Part shown: positions 1 through 8,144 of the stretch, one piece after another
Layout: every line of letters starts with the position of its first letter
How positions within the stretch are numbered: position 1 is the stretch's first letter
Assembly: GCA_964597035.1 (NCBI GenBank)
Contig: CAZQWM010000008.1
Coordinates: 12,679 to 76,678, forward strand
DNA length: 64,000 nucleotides
Direction of reading: 5' to 3'
Source of the DNA: an uncultured Pirellulales bacterium
GTDB lineage: Bacteria; Planctomycetota; Phycisphaerae; Sedimentisphaerales; Anaerobacaceae
The notes under the pieces: model-generated
Seen by the model: the letters and a program-made list of their open reading frames with translations, nothing else
The model's database searches: none
What the model was told of the DNA's origin: nothing
Made by a program: the position numbers and the translations under genes

Positions 1-627
1 TCTGGCTTTCAAGTTGGCTTTGGGGCCTTACCCATAGTCCACAAAGGCACCTTTAATTTAAATGCCCCGATTCTTTTTGTCCTATAAAATTCCAGTTGCA
101 TTTCAACTGCGGTCTGTGAGCAACGAACCAACCGTGTTAGATGACCTGTAACCGTGATTATACTTGATTTGGCTCAGCAAGTTAGCTAAAATAGGTTCAA
201 ACAAGGGGGTTCGACTATATGCCGGAGACCATTCCATGCACGGTTGTCAGGACTATGCGGTTCTGCAGAGTTAAAAGTCCGTATTGGCATGTTTCGTCGG
301 ACTTACCTCGTGGTTCTATTAGAACACGGTGTGAAGTGCTGTTGTTGATGTATAAACCCGTAAATGGTTCTGCAAAGATATTTACTAATCCGGGGCAGGA
401 AAGCGGAATACTTGATTGCTGTGCCTGAAGTTGACGGCGGGTATTCTGCACACAAGATGAAAATGCTTCTGCGTTGCCATTGTTTTCGAGCAGCAATAAA
501 AACGGCGAGGTAAGGTAACTGGGTTGGGGAAGCCCTGTATACATTTCCTCGCCGACTTGCCAATCCATTATGCCTTTATGCCGACCCTCCGTGGCCGACC
601 TTGGACACAGCAGTTTATCTATCGGTG

Positions 628-912
628 TTATATACCAAACGTGATGATGTTGGACGCGGCCTCTCTAATGTTTGCCGGATTATCAAGCTGGCCCGATTCC
701 AGAAGCTCTCGTGCCCGCTGGACGGCGCCGGCATCGGCGGGTGTTGCCTTGGCCGCCTCAATCAGGCGGTCATAGTTGATTTGAAGCGTGGCGTCTGCCT
801 GCTCACTTGAAGCGGCTTTCGAACGGCTTGCCTTGCCGGCCGGTTGACCGTCAAAAGGGTCCTGAATTTGATTTGTGTCTATCTTGTCTATCATTGCTTC
901 GCTACCGGACAA
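628..912 (-). CDS. flgM: anti-sigma-28 factor FlgM-like protein
   Basis: 94-aa ORF with TTG at 912 and an in-frame ATG at 894. The C-terminal AVQRARELLESGQLDNPANIREAASNII matches by eye the conserved FlgM C-terminal helix pattern. It is the last gene of the minus-strand string that contains fliA. Confidence 0.6.
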   Translation of the reverse strand: MSGSEAMIDKIDTNQIQDPFDGQPAGKASRSKAASSEQADATLQINYDRLIEAAKATPADAGAVQRARELLESGQLDNPANIREAASNIITFGI

Positions 913-995
913 TATTTATCGTTCTGCTTTTTTCTCGTGTATTCCTTGAATAACTTAAGGGCTTCAGCCAAAATTTTTCATTTTTCTTTTAAGGT

Positions 996-1027
996 AGCCG
1001 TTTTTTTAGGACGATAACGGCTTTTTG
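996..1027. terminator. hairpin AGCCGTT-N13-AACGGCT followed by a T-run on the + strand
   Basis: 7-bp inverted repeat at 996-1002/1016-1022, read directly. It lies between the lipoprotein gene stop (1047) and the flgM start. The T-run is on the + strand, so a role as a minus-strand terminator is doubtful. Confidence 0.25.
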
Positions 1028-1046
1028 AAACTCCTGTCGCCTAATT

Positions 1047-1727
1047 TTATCCCGGGTGCAACGACTCGGCCACTTCATACGTCACAAACCTCACAAAATT
1101 TATGGTGCTTAACACGGCCAACTGCTCGCCCAGGGGCGAAAAATCCGGCCGCAGTTGACGTTCAAAAAACCTCTTTATCCGTTGTTCCGTGGATTTGTCG
1201 GCACTGTCCCAGATTTGTTCGATTGACCAGACCGTTTTCCCGTCTCTTAAGTCTATAAGCTCCAGCTCCAATCCCAGTGCCATATGGGGGTATGGTTTGT
1301 AAGACGTAACCGTGCCCATCAGCACGGCGTCAACACCGAGCGTTTTTCGCGTGGCCAGCAATTGTTCGAGCGTGTAAGGCGAATCCGGCTGAATCTGAAG
1401 GTTTCGCCAGAGGGTGTTGCCCTGGCCCAGCGGCGACAAGTCGAACAGTTGCTTTTTCTGAAGCGCCTGGTATAGCGAATCGGTCACGTCGCCGGATATC
1501 TGGGGATACGCCGTATTGTTGTGCAGTTCGACAAGGCAGACCGTTCGAATTGTCATATTCGTCGCCATATTCGGATAATGGCTTTGGCCCAGGCCCGCGG
1601 ATGTTCTGTGCCAGGAGCACCCGGCCGAGATGATTGCAAGGTTTAATCCGATTGCCAGGGATACGCGCGCCGCGCGAGCCGCATTACAGTGTGACTTGCG
1701 TGACTGGATTGTTTTTTCGCAGTGCAT
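1047..1727 (-). CDS. putative lipoprotein (LpoB/FlgO/DUF799-like signature)
   Basis: N-terminal hydrophobic stretch ending in the lipobox IISAGC. The segment GVDAVLMGTVTSYKPYPHMALGLELELIDLRDGKTVWS resembles the G-x-D-A-hydrophobic...hydrophobic-D-x-x-x-G motif of small envelope lipoproteins. The true start may be an internal Met. Confidence 0.55.
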   Translation of the reverse strand: MHCEKTIQSRKSHCNAARAARVSLAIGLNLAIISAGCSWHRTSAGLGQSHYPNMATNMTIRTVCLVELHNNTAYPQISGDVTDSLYQALQKKQLFDLSPLGQGNTLWRNLQIQPDSPYTLEQLLATRKTLGVDAVLMGTVTSYKPYPHMALGLELELIDLRDGKTVWSIEQIWDSADKSTEQRIKRFFERQLRPDFSPLGEQLAVLSTINFVRFVTYEVAESLHPG

Positions 1728-1730
1728 TTT

Positions 1731-2267
1731 TCATTTCTCCGGGGTAGAATCTTGCTCAGGAGCCGATTCGTTTGCTTCGGGCACTTCGCCGCCGAGCAGC
1801 TTTAAAATTTTAAGCAGCGCCTCTAACTGGGCCTTGTCGGCTTCACGTATTTCCCCGCGGAAACCGAGAACGTCGCTTTTCCAGTTATTCAGCTCAATCC
1901 GCATTTCGAGCAGCAGGTCGTTGGCTTCACCCAGCTCTTTTTCCGCCCTTTCCAGCCGGGACCGGCAGCTCTGCATATCATCCTTCAACTGCAGGTTTTC
2001 ATCGTTTAGGTTTTGTGCCTTCTGCCTGAGACCCGATGCCTCCTCGGAAAGTTTTGCGTATTTTTCCGAGAGTTCTATCGCGGATTCGACTGCGGAAGGT
2101 CTCTGTGCCTGCGCCGGCTGGAGTCTCTGATAAGCGGTATTGCCTGAACCAGAAGGACTGTCGAATCGCAAGTCTGAGCCGGCGGGGCCTTTGAAGCCGC
2201 AGCCCATAAAAGGCAGCAGCATTGCAGATGTGGCTATAAATACGATTACTTTTATTCTGGTTTGCAT
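1731..2267 (-). CDS. coiled-coil lipoprotein
   Basis: Signal peptide with lipobox LLPFMGC. The rest is heptad-like and rich in E/K/L/Q (LRQKAQNLNDENLQLKDDMQ...ELGEANDLLLEMRIELNNW). Its stop is 4 nt from the downstream ORF. Confidence 0.6.
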   Translation of the reverse strand: MQTRIKVIVFIATSAMLLPFMGCGFKGPAGSDLRFDSPSGSGNTAYQRLQPAQAQRPSAVESAIELSEKYAKLSEEASGLRQKAQNLNDENLQLKDDMQSCRSRLERAEKELGEANDLLLEMRIELNNWKSDVLGFRGEIREADKAQLEALLKILKLLGGEVPEANESAPEQDSTPEK

Positions 2268-2281
2268 AATTTTATCTCCGC

Positions 2282-2647
2282 CTAAGTTTTCTTTTTCGGT
2301 TCGCGGTTTGGGGTGCCATCCGGCTTAGTAGTCGGCTGTGTGCTTTTTGCTGTCGAGGTATCGTCGTATTCGCACCTGACAACGCTTTTTCTTCCACAGG
2401 AGCAGGTAAGTTCCATTAACGCATATTCCGGCCGGCTTTCGAGAATTTTGACACTGGGCGCTGCTGTGCCGACGCTTCTTGTCTTTGGTGTAGTTGGGCC
2501 TGTAGCCCCAAGTTCGAGGCGGAACCGGCCTTCAATCCTGACCTCGTCGCTTTTCAGAATCCGGCCTGTTGTCTGCAGCATAATTATATGTTTCCTTTCG
2601 TTGTTATGCACTCTCAATTCGTTGTTTAAATTTGTCTGATTGCTCAA
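2282..2647 (-). CDS. hypothetical protein
   Basis: 121-aa ORF whose start overlaps the upstream ORF stop by 4 nt (translational coupling). I recognise no family. The C-terminus is low-complexity and rich in T/P/K. Confidence 0.4.
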   Translation of the reverse strand: MSNQTNLNNELRVHNNERKHIIMLQTTGRILKSDEVRIEGRFRLELGATGPTTPKTRSVGTAAPSVKILESRPEYALMELTCSCGRKSVVRCEYDDTSTAKSTQPTTKPDGTPNREPKKKT

Positions 2648-2871
2648 GCCCGATAGTCTATGGAGTCTTTACCTGCCTGGCCGTTGTCTGCCTTGCCGGT
2701 GTCATTCTGTTGAGTGTCAGAAAGGTCCTGCTGTTCGGAGGGTGTGCTGTGCTGTCGTTGTTGTCGTTGCTGTCGTCTTTTCTCCGCGCGTCGGTCAATC
2801 GGTGCCAAAGCACCAACGTTTTGCGGGTTTTCCACAGGTTGTATTATGTTGTAATCATTGTCCGGTACCAT
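2644..2871 (-). CDS. hypothetical small basic/Q-rich protein
   Basis: 75-aa ORF overlapping the fliA 3' end by 17 nt and the next ORF by 4 nt. Contains RRAEKRRQQRQQRQ. No family recognised. Confidence 0.35.
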   Translation of the reverse strand: MVPDNDYNIIQPVENPQNVGALAPIDRRAEKRRQQRQQRQHSTPSEQQDLSDTQQNDTGKADNGQAGKDSIDYRA

Positions 2872-3700
2872 CGTATTGCCTCAATTTTACGGAAAGATTA
2901 AAAATCGCAGTTGCGTGTAGCTGGCTGACCCTTGGCTCGGTAATGCCGAATACTTCCGCAATCTGCTTCATAGTGAGGTGTTGCTGATAATAGAGCAGAA
3001 CGACTTCCCGCTGGCGCTGGTCCAGTTGCTGAATGGCTTCCGCAAGCCTGTCAATAAGCTCGGCCCGTTCAAATTCTTCATCGGGGGTTTTGGTATCTGG
3101 TGCGGCGAGTATGTTGCCCAGCGCCGGGCCGTCTTCGCCATATCCGTCGATGGATAGAAATTGCTGCGCTCGTGCGCTTTCGAGAGTCTCATATACCTGA
3201 GAAACAGTTATCCCGAGTTTTTCGGCCAGTTCTGTTTCGGATGGGGGCCGACCTGTTTGCTTTGCTATCTCAACGCTGAGGTTCATTGCCCGGCGAATCT
3301 GCTTGTTGACGGTGGGAGGTATAAAGGCCCATCCCCTGAGCTCGTCGAGTATGGCTCCTCTGATTCTTATGTAGGCATAGGTCTGAAATTCTGCGAAGAA
3401 AGAAGGGTCATAATCCCGTGCGGCCTTAACCAGACCCACTGTACCTGCCGATACGAGGTCCTCGTAGGTAAGCGGCGGACGCAGGTAGCTGGCGGCTCGC
3501 TGGGCAATCTTGTGGACCAGAGGCAGAAACTGGGCGATTTGCTGCTCGTCTAAGCGCTGCTTTTTCTGTCCCGCATAGGCGCGCTTGGCGGCCTTGAGAT
3601 GCCCGCGGGCATCCTTTTTAGTCGCCTGTTCCTGCTTGATAAGGCCTTTGGTCTCAGCCGACACTTTCTGTTTCCTTTCGTTTGCTTGTGTGGCTTTCAA
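2855..3700 (-). CDS. fliA: flagellar sigma factor FliA (sigma-28, WhiG family)
   Basis: Region 2 (LVSAGTVGLVKAARDYDP...FQTYAYIRIRGAILDELR) and region 4 HTH (LLYYQQHLTMKQIAEVFGITEPRVSQLH) are typical of FliA. Confidence 0.9.
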   Translation of the reverse strand: MKATQANERKQKVSAETKGLIKQEQATKKDARGHLKAAKRAYAGQKKQRLDEQQIAQFLPLVHKIAQRAASYLRPPLTYEDLVSAGTVGLVKAARDYDPSFFAEFQTYAYIRIRGAILDELRGWAFIPPTVNKQIRRAMNLSVEIAKQTGRPPSETELAEKLGITVSQVYETLESARAQQFLSIDGYGEDGPALGNILAAPDTKTPDEEFERAELIDRLAEAIQQLDQRQREVVLLYYQQHLTMKQIAEVFGITEPRVSQLHATAIFNLSVKLRQYDGTGQ

Positions 3701-3893
3701 TGATTGCTCTTATCAGAACAGCATTTACGACCTTTACGGCCAGCGATGCCGCTATATACGCCAGGGCTGCCCCGACACAGGCCCTTTTGCAGCACGTATA
3801 AGGCGACAGACCGTAGAACAGTCCTACGATGCTTAGCACAAAAAAAGACAAGACCGCAAAACTTGCCGCTATTGAACGAACGTGTATCAGCAT
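3654..3893 (-). CDS. small two-TM membrane protein (hypothetical)
   Basis: 79-aa ORF with two hydrophobic segments (FAVLSFFVLSIVGLFYGL and VGAALAYIAASLAVKVV). It overlaps the annotated fliA start by 47 nt, so one of the two starts may be wrong. Confidence 0.35.
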   Translation of the reverse strand: MLIHVRSIAASFAVLSFFVLSIVGLFYGLSPYTCCKRACVGAALAYIAASLAVKVVNAVLIRAIIESHTSKRKETESVG

Positions 3894-3937
3894 AGCCGGT
3901 TGTCTCTGTTTGTCTGGTTAGTGTTCATTTTGTTTGG

Positions 3938-6070
3938 CTACTGAACGGCTCCAACTAACTGGTGGTTACCCGGGACCTGAAGCTGCTGTTGCTCGATGGA
4001 GACGGTCTCGAGCGGCTCAACTTCGGTTCCGAGGACGATTTCATCGTAAGTAGCCACGGGCAGATTTGGCACGGTTCGCGACAGCATATCAGCCAGAGCC
4101 GCTCGCAGGCGCGGGTCGCAAAGTAATACGACCTTGTCTTTGCCCTTGTCCATCGCACTACGCCAGGCCTGTGCCGTTTTTCTGCTTAGTTCCATTGTCA
4201 TATCCGCCGGCAAAGCCAGGTTTATCGTGTCTGCTTCCTGTTTGAGCGAGTTCAGCATCTGGTGCTCAAGCGAGGCCTCAAAGGTTATCGCCTGTATCTT
4301 CCCGTTTTCGTCTTTGATTCGGTCGGTGATTGTTCTGCTTAGTGCCTTGCGAACCATCTCCGTCAGAACCGCGGTGTTTTTGCTCTTGGTGGCATACTCG
4401 GACAGTGTTTCGATTATTTTTGTCAGCTCACGGATGGGTATCTCGTCTTTCAGCAGGTTTTTCAGGACGCGCTGCAGCAGCCCTATTGATACGGGGCCAT
4501 CGGCTGCGAGGACTTCGCCTACCAGGGACGGCTGCAGCTTGCGGAGTCGGTCGACCAGCAGTTGAACGTCTTCCCGGGTCAACATCTCGTTGGCGTGGCG
4601 CTTAATGGTTTCTGACAGATGCGTTATAAAAACCGATTCCGGGTCAATAACGGTGTAACCGTTTAGTTCCGCTCTTTCCTTTTCCTCCGGTTTAATCCAC
4701 AGTGCCGGCAGGCCGAAGACCGGTTCGATGGTTTCAATTCCTTTTATCTTTGTCCGCACGGCCCCGGAATCCATTGCCAGCAGCATATCCGGTTCGAGCC
4801 GGCCTCTCGCAACGGGCAAATCAGACAATCTAATTTCATAGGCGTTCGGTTCGAGATTGATATTGTCTCGCAGGCGAACCAGCGGAATGATAATACCTAA
4901 CTGCTGTGCGAATCTTCGCCGAAGAGCGCCTATCCGGTCGAAAATACTGCTGTCTTTTCGTGGGTCAACCATTGCAATTAAACGCACGCCGACCTGCACG
5001 CTGATTCTGTCCAAGTCAAGCAGTTCTTCAACAGGTTGTTCCTGGGCCGATTTCTTTTCACCGGCTGGGGTTGACTTTTTTGGTTTCGGTTTTTCACCCT
5101 TTGCTGCGAGCCGGCCGAGCATGGCGGTGCCGACAGCCAGAAGGATAAACGGCACCTTTGGCAGTCCCGGCACAAGGGCCAGTGCTGCAATCACCAGTGA
5201 CGCAACCGATAACGGCTCACGGGCCTTGAGAAATTGCCTGCCTAAGTCCTGGCCGACGCTGTGCTGTGATGAAATCTTTGTTACAAGAAAGCCGCTGCTT
5301 ATAGCGATTATCACTGACGGTATCTGGTTGACGAGGCCGTCGCCGATGGACAATGTGGAGTATGTCTTTATCGCCGCCAGCACGCTCAGGCCGCGGGAGT
5401 AGCCTATTGCGATTCCGGCGATTATGTTCACGGCGGTAATGATAAGTCCCGCCTTGGCGTCGCCTCGGATGAATTTGCTGGCGCCGTCCATCGCCCCGTG
5501 AAATTCGCTTTCCTTGACGATTTTTGTTCGTCGCTCATTGGCCTGCTGTTCGGTGATAAGTCCTGCGTTCAGGTCTGCGTCGATGGCCATTTGTTTTCCT
5601 GGCATAGCGTCCAGTGTGAAGCGGGCAGCAACTTCGCTGATTCTCTCGGCGCCTTTGGTAATTACTATGAACTGGATAATTACGAGAATGAGAAAGATTA
5701 CCACGCCTACGACAAAGCTGCCGCCCGTGACGAAATTGCCGAAGGTCTGGATGATTTTACCGGCGTTGCCCTGCAGCAGTATCAGACGCGTCGAGGCAAC
5801 ATTAAGGGACAGTCGAAACAGCGTGGTAAACAGCAGAAGCGATGGGAAAGTGGACAACTCCAGGGCCTCTTTGGCAGACAGTGTGATTATAAGGATTGAG
5901 ACCGCCAGTGAAACGCTGCAGGCCAGCAGGATATCCAGCATAGCCGTCGGCAGGGGGATAATCAATGTTGCCAGAACGGTTACCAGACCGCCTGCAATGA
6001 TAATATTGCTGTGCGACATAATGGGAGTATCGAGCGCCGTCGGCAGCGTTGGTTTAGTGGCTTGGACCAT
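3938..6070 (-). CDS. flhA: flagellar export gate protein FlhA
   Basis: Full-length match by eye to FlhA: FPSLLLFTTLFRLSLNVASTRLIL, DAMPGKQMAIDADL, FIRGDAKAGLIIT and the C-terminal cytoplasmic domain. An alternative start is Met18 at 6019. Confidence 0.97.
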   Translation of the reverse strand: MVQATKPTLPTALDTPIMSHSNIIIAGGLVTVLATLIIPLPTAMLDILLACSVSLAVSILIITLSAKEALELSTFPSLLLFTTLFRLSLNVASTRLILLQGNAGKIIQTFGNFVTGGSFVVGVVIFLILVIIQFIVITKGAERISEVAARFTLDAMPGKQMAIDADLNAGLITEQQANERRTKIVKESEFHGAMDGASKFIRGDAKAGLIITAVNIIAGIAIGYSRGLSVLAAIKTYSTLSIGDGLVNQIPSVIIAISSGFLVTKISSQHSVGQDLGRQFLKAREPLSVASLVIAALALVPGLPKVPFILLAVGTAMLGRLAAKGEKPKPKKSTPAGEKKSAQEQPVEELLDLDRISVQVGVRLIAMVDPRKDSSIFDRIGALRRRFAQQLGIIIPLVRLRDNINLEPNAYEIRLSDLPVARGRLEPDMLLAMDSGAVRTKIKGIETIEPVFGLPALWIKPEEKERAELNGYTVIDPESVFITHLSETIKRHANEMLTREDVQLLVDRLRKLQPSLVGEVLAADGPVSIGLLQRVLKNLLKDEIPIRELTKIIETLSEYATKSKNTAVLTEMVRKALSRTITDRIKDENGKIQAITFEASLEHQMLNSLKQEADTINLALPADMTMELSRKTAQAWRSAMDKGKDKVVLLCDPRLRAALADMLSRTVPNLPVATYDEIVLGTEVEPLETVSIEQQQLQVPGNHQLVGAVQ

Positions 6071-6120
6071 TATCCTTTGATATCCCTAATTGAGATTTTA
6101 TCTGTCATAGCCGGTCTCGT

Positions 6121-6510
6121 TTACTGTTCTTTGTCCGATTGTGATTCACCGAGGCCGAGTATCTGTTTGATTCTCACTGCAAACCGTCCATCCACAACGA
6201 CCACGTTACCGGTTGCGAATTTTGTGTCTTTCAGATACAGGTCCATCGGTGCGTCCACGGGTTTGTCCAGTTTTATCACGGACCCCGGACCGAGATGGAG
6301 CAGGCGACGTATGGGCATCTGCATAGTGCCGATTGTTATGGTCACGGGGATGCTCATATCGAGCAGTATATCGATGCTTCCACCGGCGCTTGTGGCGCTG
6401 GTTTCGGCGGCCTCGGGAAAATCAGCCGACTGAGCTTGTTTTTTCGAATCGGCAGCAGCTTCCTGATTTTTCTCGACCTTTTCTTCTACGGCTTGGGCTG
6501 ATTGTGGCAT
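6121..6510 (-). CDS. fliN: flagellar motor switch protein FliN
   Basis: C-terminal SpoA/FliN domain: ILLDMSIPVTITIGTMQMPIRRLLHLGPGSVIKLDKPVDAPMDLYLKDTKFATGNVVVVDGRFAVRI. Confidence 0.9.
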   Translation of the reverse strand: MPQSAQAVEEKVEKNQEAAADSKKQAQSADFPEAAETSATSAGGSIDILLDMSIPVTITIGTMQMPIRRLLHLGPGSVIKLDKPVDAPMDLYLKDTKFATGNVVVVDGRFAVRIKQILGLGESQSDKEQ

Positions 6511-6549
6511 TTTTCAAGTTCCTTCAATATGTTGCATCCTGTTCCTTGT

Positions 6550-7527
6550 TTATTTTTTTTCGAAAGCGGCTTCCGTTATTGCCACAGCGTATTTGCCGCC
6601 TGATTGTGCGCAGCGACCGCGAAAAAGCGTCCGGCCGGCGGCAAGCAATAGCACCGGCTCATCGATTTTTTTATCCAGCAGCAATATGTCATCGGCAGAG
6701 AGGTTCAGTACCTGCTCGACCGTTACGGCAACACTTGCCAGTTGAGCAGTAATCGGAATTGATATTTCTTCAATGTGATTCTGAATCGCACGGGCAATGT
6801 CCTTGGCGGAAAGTTTGTCCGCTGCCTGCGCCGATTCAGCGACTATCGGTGCAAGCTTATCGCAGAAAATGAGGATATGGGCCTCCGAGCCGGTCTCGGA
6901 GTCACTTTCTCTGACCTGGAAGGTGATTTTGCAGAACTCTTCAGCGCCCTTGAGCTGAAGCGGCAGACTGTCCGTAATAGCGTCGTCGGCCGGATGGAAA
7001 CCGCACTTGTCGCCGGCCTCGGCAACCGCCTCTACTATAAGCGAAGCCATATCGAACAGAAGCGAGGCCTCAAGCTCGGATATATGCCTGTTCGCATCCT
7101 CTTTCGATTCCGTGTCACCGAGAAGCTGAGTCGTCCAGAGCTTGGCGGTCTGCGGCGGTATGCTGACAAAGCCGCAGGGTTCTCGCTCGTCCGTGCAGAA
7201 AGACAGGTAATAGTTGACGGGGCCTTTTCCCTGGCTTGCTGTATCCTGTCCGAGAAACTGCCCCGCGAAGTGTTCGCTGGTCGAGCTTATCTTCACCTCG
7301 AAACTGTGCTGGCACAAAGCGGCGAATTTCTCCGCAATCAGCTCCGCTAAGCTGGAGGCCAAAGCCGTCAGCTTTTTCATTTGCCGGCTGTTGAAAAAGT
7401 GAGGCTGATGCCAGTCGTATTCGCTCGCCTCTATCTGTTTGCTGTCATCGGGGGCCTTGGAGCCGATGACAGCAAGAAGCTGCTGTATCTTTGCTCTTCC
7501 TGGATTGTTATCAGTCATCCGGGTCAT
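6550..7527 (-). CDS. fliM: flagellar motor switch protein FliM
   Basis: YDWHQPHFFNSRQMKKLTAL corresponds to the FliM YDFxxP...L motif, and the C-terminus is SpoA-like (LLLAAGRTLFRGRCAQSGGKYAVAI). The start is placed at Met 7527 (or 7518), next to the fliL stop. The longer ORF to 7608 would overlap fliL. Confidence 0.85.
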   Translation of the reverse strand: MTRMTDNNPGRAKIQQLLAVIGSKAPDDSKQIEASEYDWHQPHFFNSRQMKKLTALASSLAELIAEKFAALCQHSFEVKISSTSEHFAGQFLGQDTASQGKGPVNYYLSFCTDEREPCGFVSIPPQTAKLWTTQLLGDTESKEDANRHISELEASLLFDMASLIVEAVAEAGDKCGFHPADDAITDSLPLQLKGAEEFCKITFQVRESDSETGSEAHILIFCDKLAPIVAESAQAADKLSAKDIARAIQNHIEEISIPITAQLASVAVTVEQVLNLSADDILLLDKKIDEPVLLLAAGRTLFRGRCAQSGGKYAVAITEAAFEKK

Positions 7528-8102
7528 TGCACGGCGAATTCCTTTATCAAAATCCTTTCGATAACCGGCTTGCCATCGGGGAACAGTCGCTCGTTGAATG
7601 TGTCGCAAAGCTCCATTTGTATTCTCTTGAGGTTTTTGTCGCCCCTCGTTGCCTCCACGTTCAGTCCTGCAAGATATATGGTCAGCAGGTTTGTCAGGAG
7701 CGGCTTTTTCTGTTCGAGAAATGCATTGCCCTTATCGGGTGCAAGTCCGGCGCCAATCTCGAGTGTCAGGGCCGCTCTGACATAGCGTGTCGCGCCCGGT
7801 TCATCGAGATTGGCCACAACCGGCTCCAGGTCGTAAAACCATGTATTACCCGCTGCAACGTCGGGAGCGTTGCTCGCTGGCTGTTCGGTGGCGGCTGTTT
7901 CCTCGGCCGGCGGGACGGTTGTTGTAGTTTCAGTGTTACCGCTGCCTGCGAACAACCGACCCAGCCCGAGTCCGGCGCCGGCACAGACGACTACTACCGC
8001 CGCGATAATTATCATCGGGACAATCGAACCCGACTTTTTCTGTGCAGCAGGTTCGTCCGCTGCGTTTTCCTGTGGATTTGCTTGAGCTTCTTCTTCAGCC
8101 AT
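7524..8102 (-). CDS. fliL: flagellar basal-body-associated protein FliL
   Basis: One N-terminal TM segment (IVPMIIIAAVVVVCAGAGLGLG) and a FliL-type C-terminal domain (YVRAALTLEI...LLTNLLTIYLAG...LKRIQMELCDTFNERL...ILIKEFAVQ). Confidence 0.85.
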   Translation of the reverse strand: MAEEEAQANPQENAADEPAAQKKSGSIVPMIIIAAVVVVCAGAGLGLGRLFAGSGNTETTTTVPPAEETAATEQPASNAPDVAAGNTWFYDLEPVVANLDEPGATRYVRAALTLEIGAGLAPDKGNAFLEQKKPLLTNLLTIYLAGLNVEATRGDKNLKRIQMELCDTFNERLFPDGKPVIERILIKEFAVQ

Positions 8103-8144
8103 ATCTGCTCTCTTGTCTAATCTTAAACCATATTGTTTTATTCG

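Noticed and set aside
196-225. GGGGGTTCGAC and GGTTCAAAC strings as a tRNA or tmRNA T-arm.
   Set aside because: No complementary 3' half of a T-stem follows the 7-nt loop. There is no acceptor stem, and no tag-like reading frame ending in a stop nearby.
215-568. 117-aa ORF on the minus strand downstream of flgM as a real gene.
   Set aside because: It has no recognisable motifs. Two other frames carry ORFs of similar length over the same stretch. The region is kept as an unexplained ORF-poor region under findings instead.
913-942. Possible sigma28 promoter for flgM (minus strand -10-like AACGATAA at 916-923).
   Set aside because: The -35 position, 15 to 17 nt upstream, reads ATAC/AATA/GAAT and does not resemble TAAA. 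A hit on the -10 core alone is not enough.
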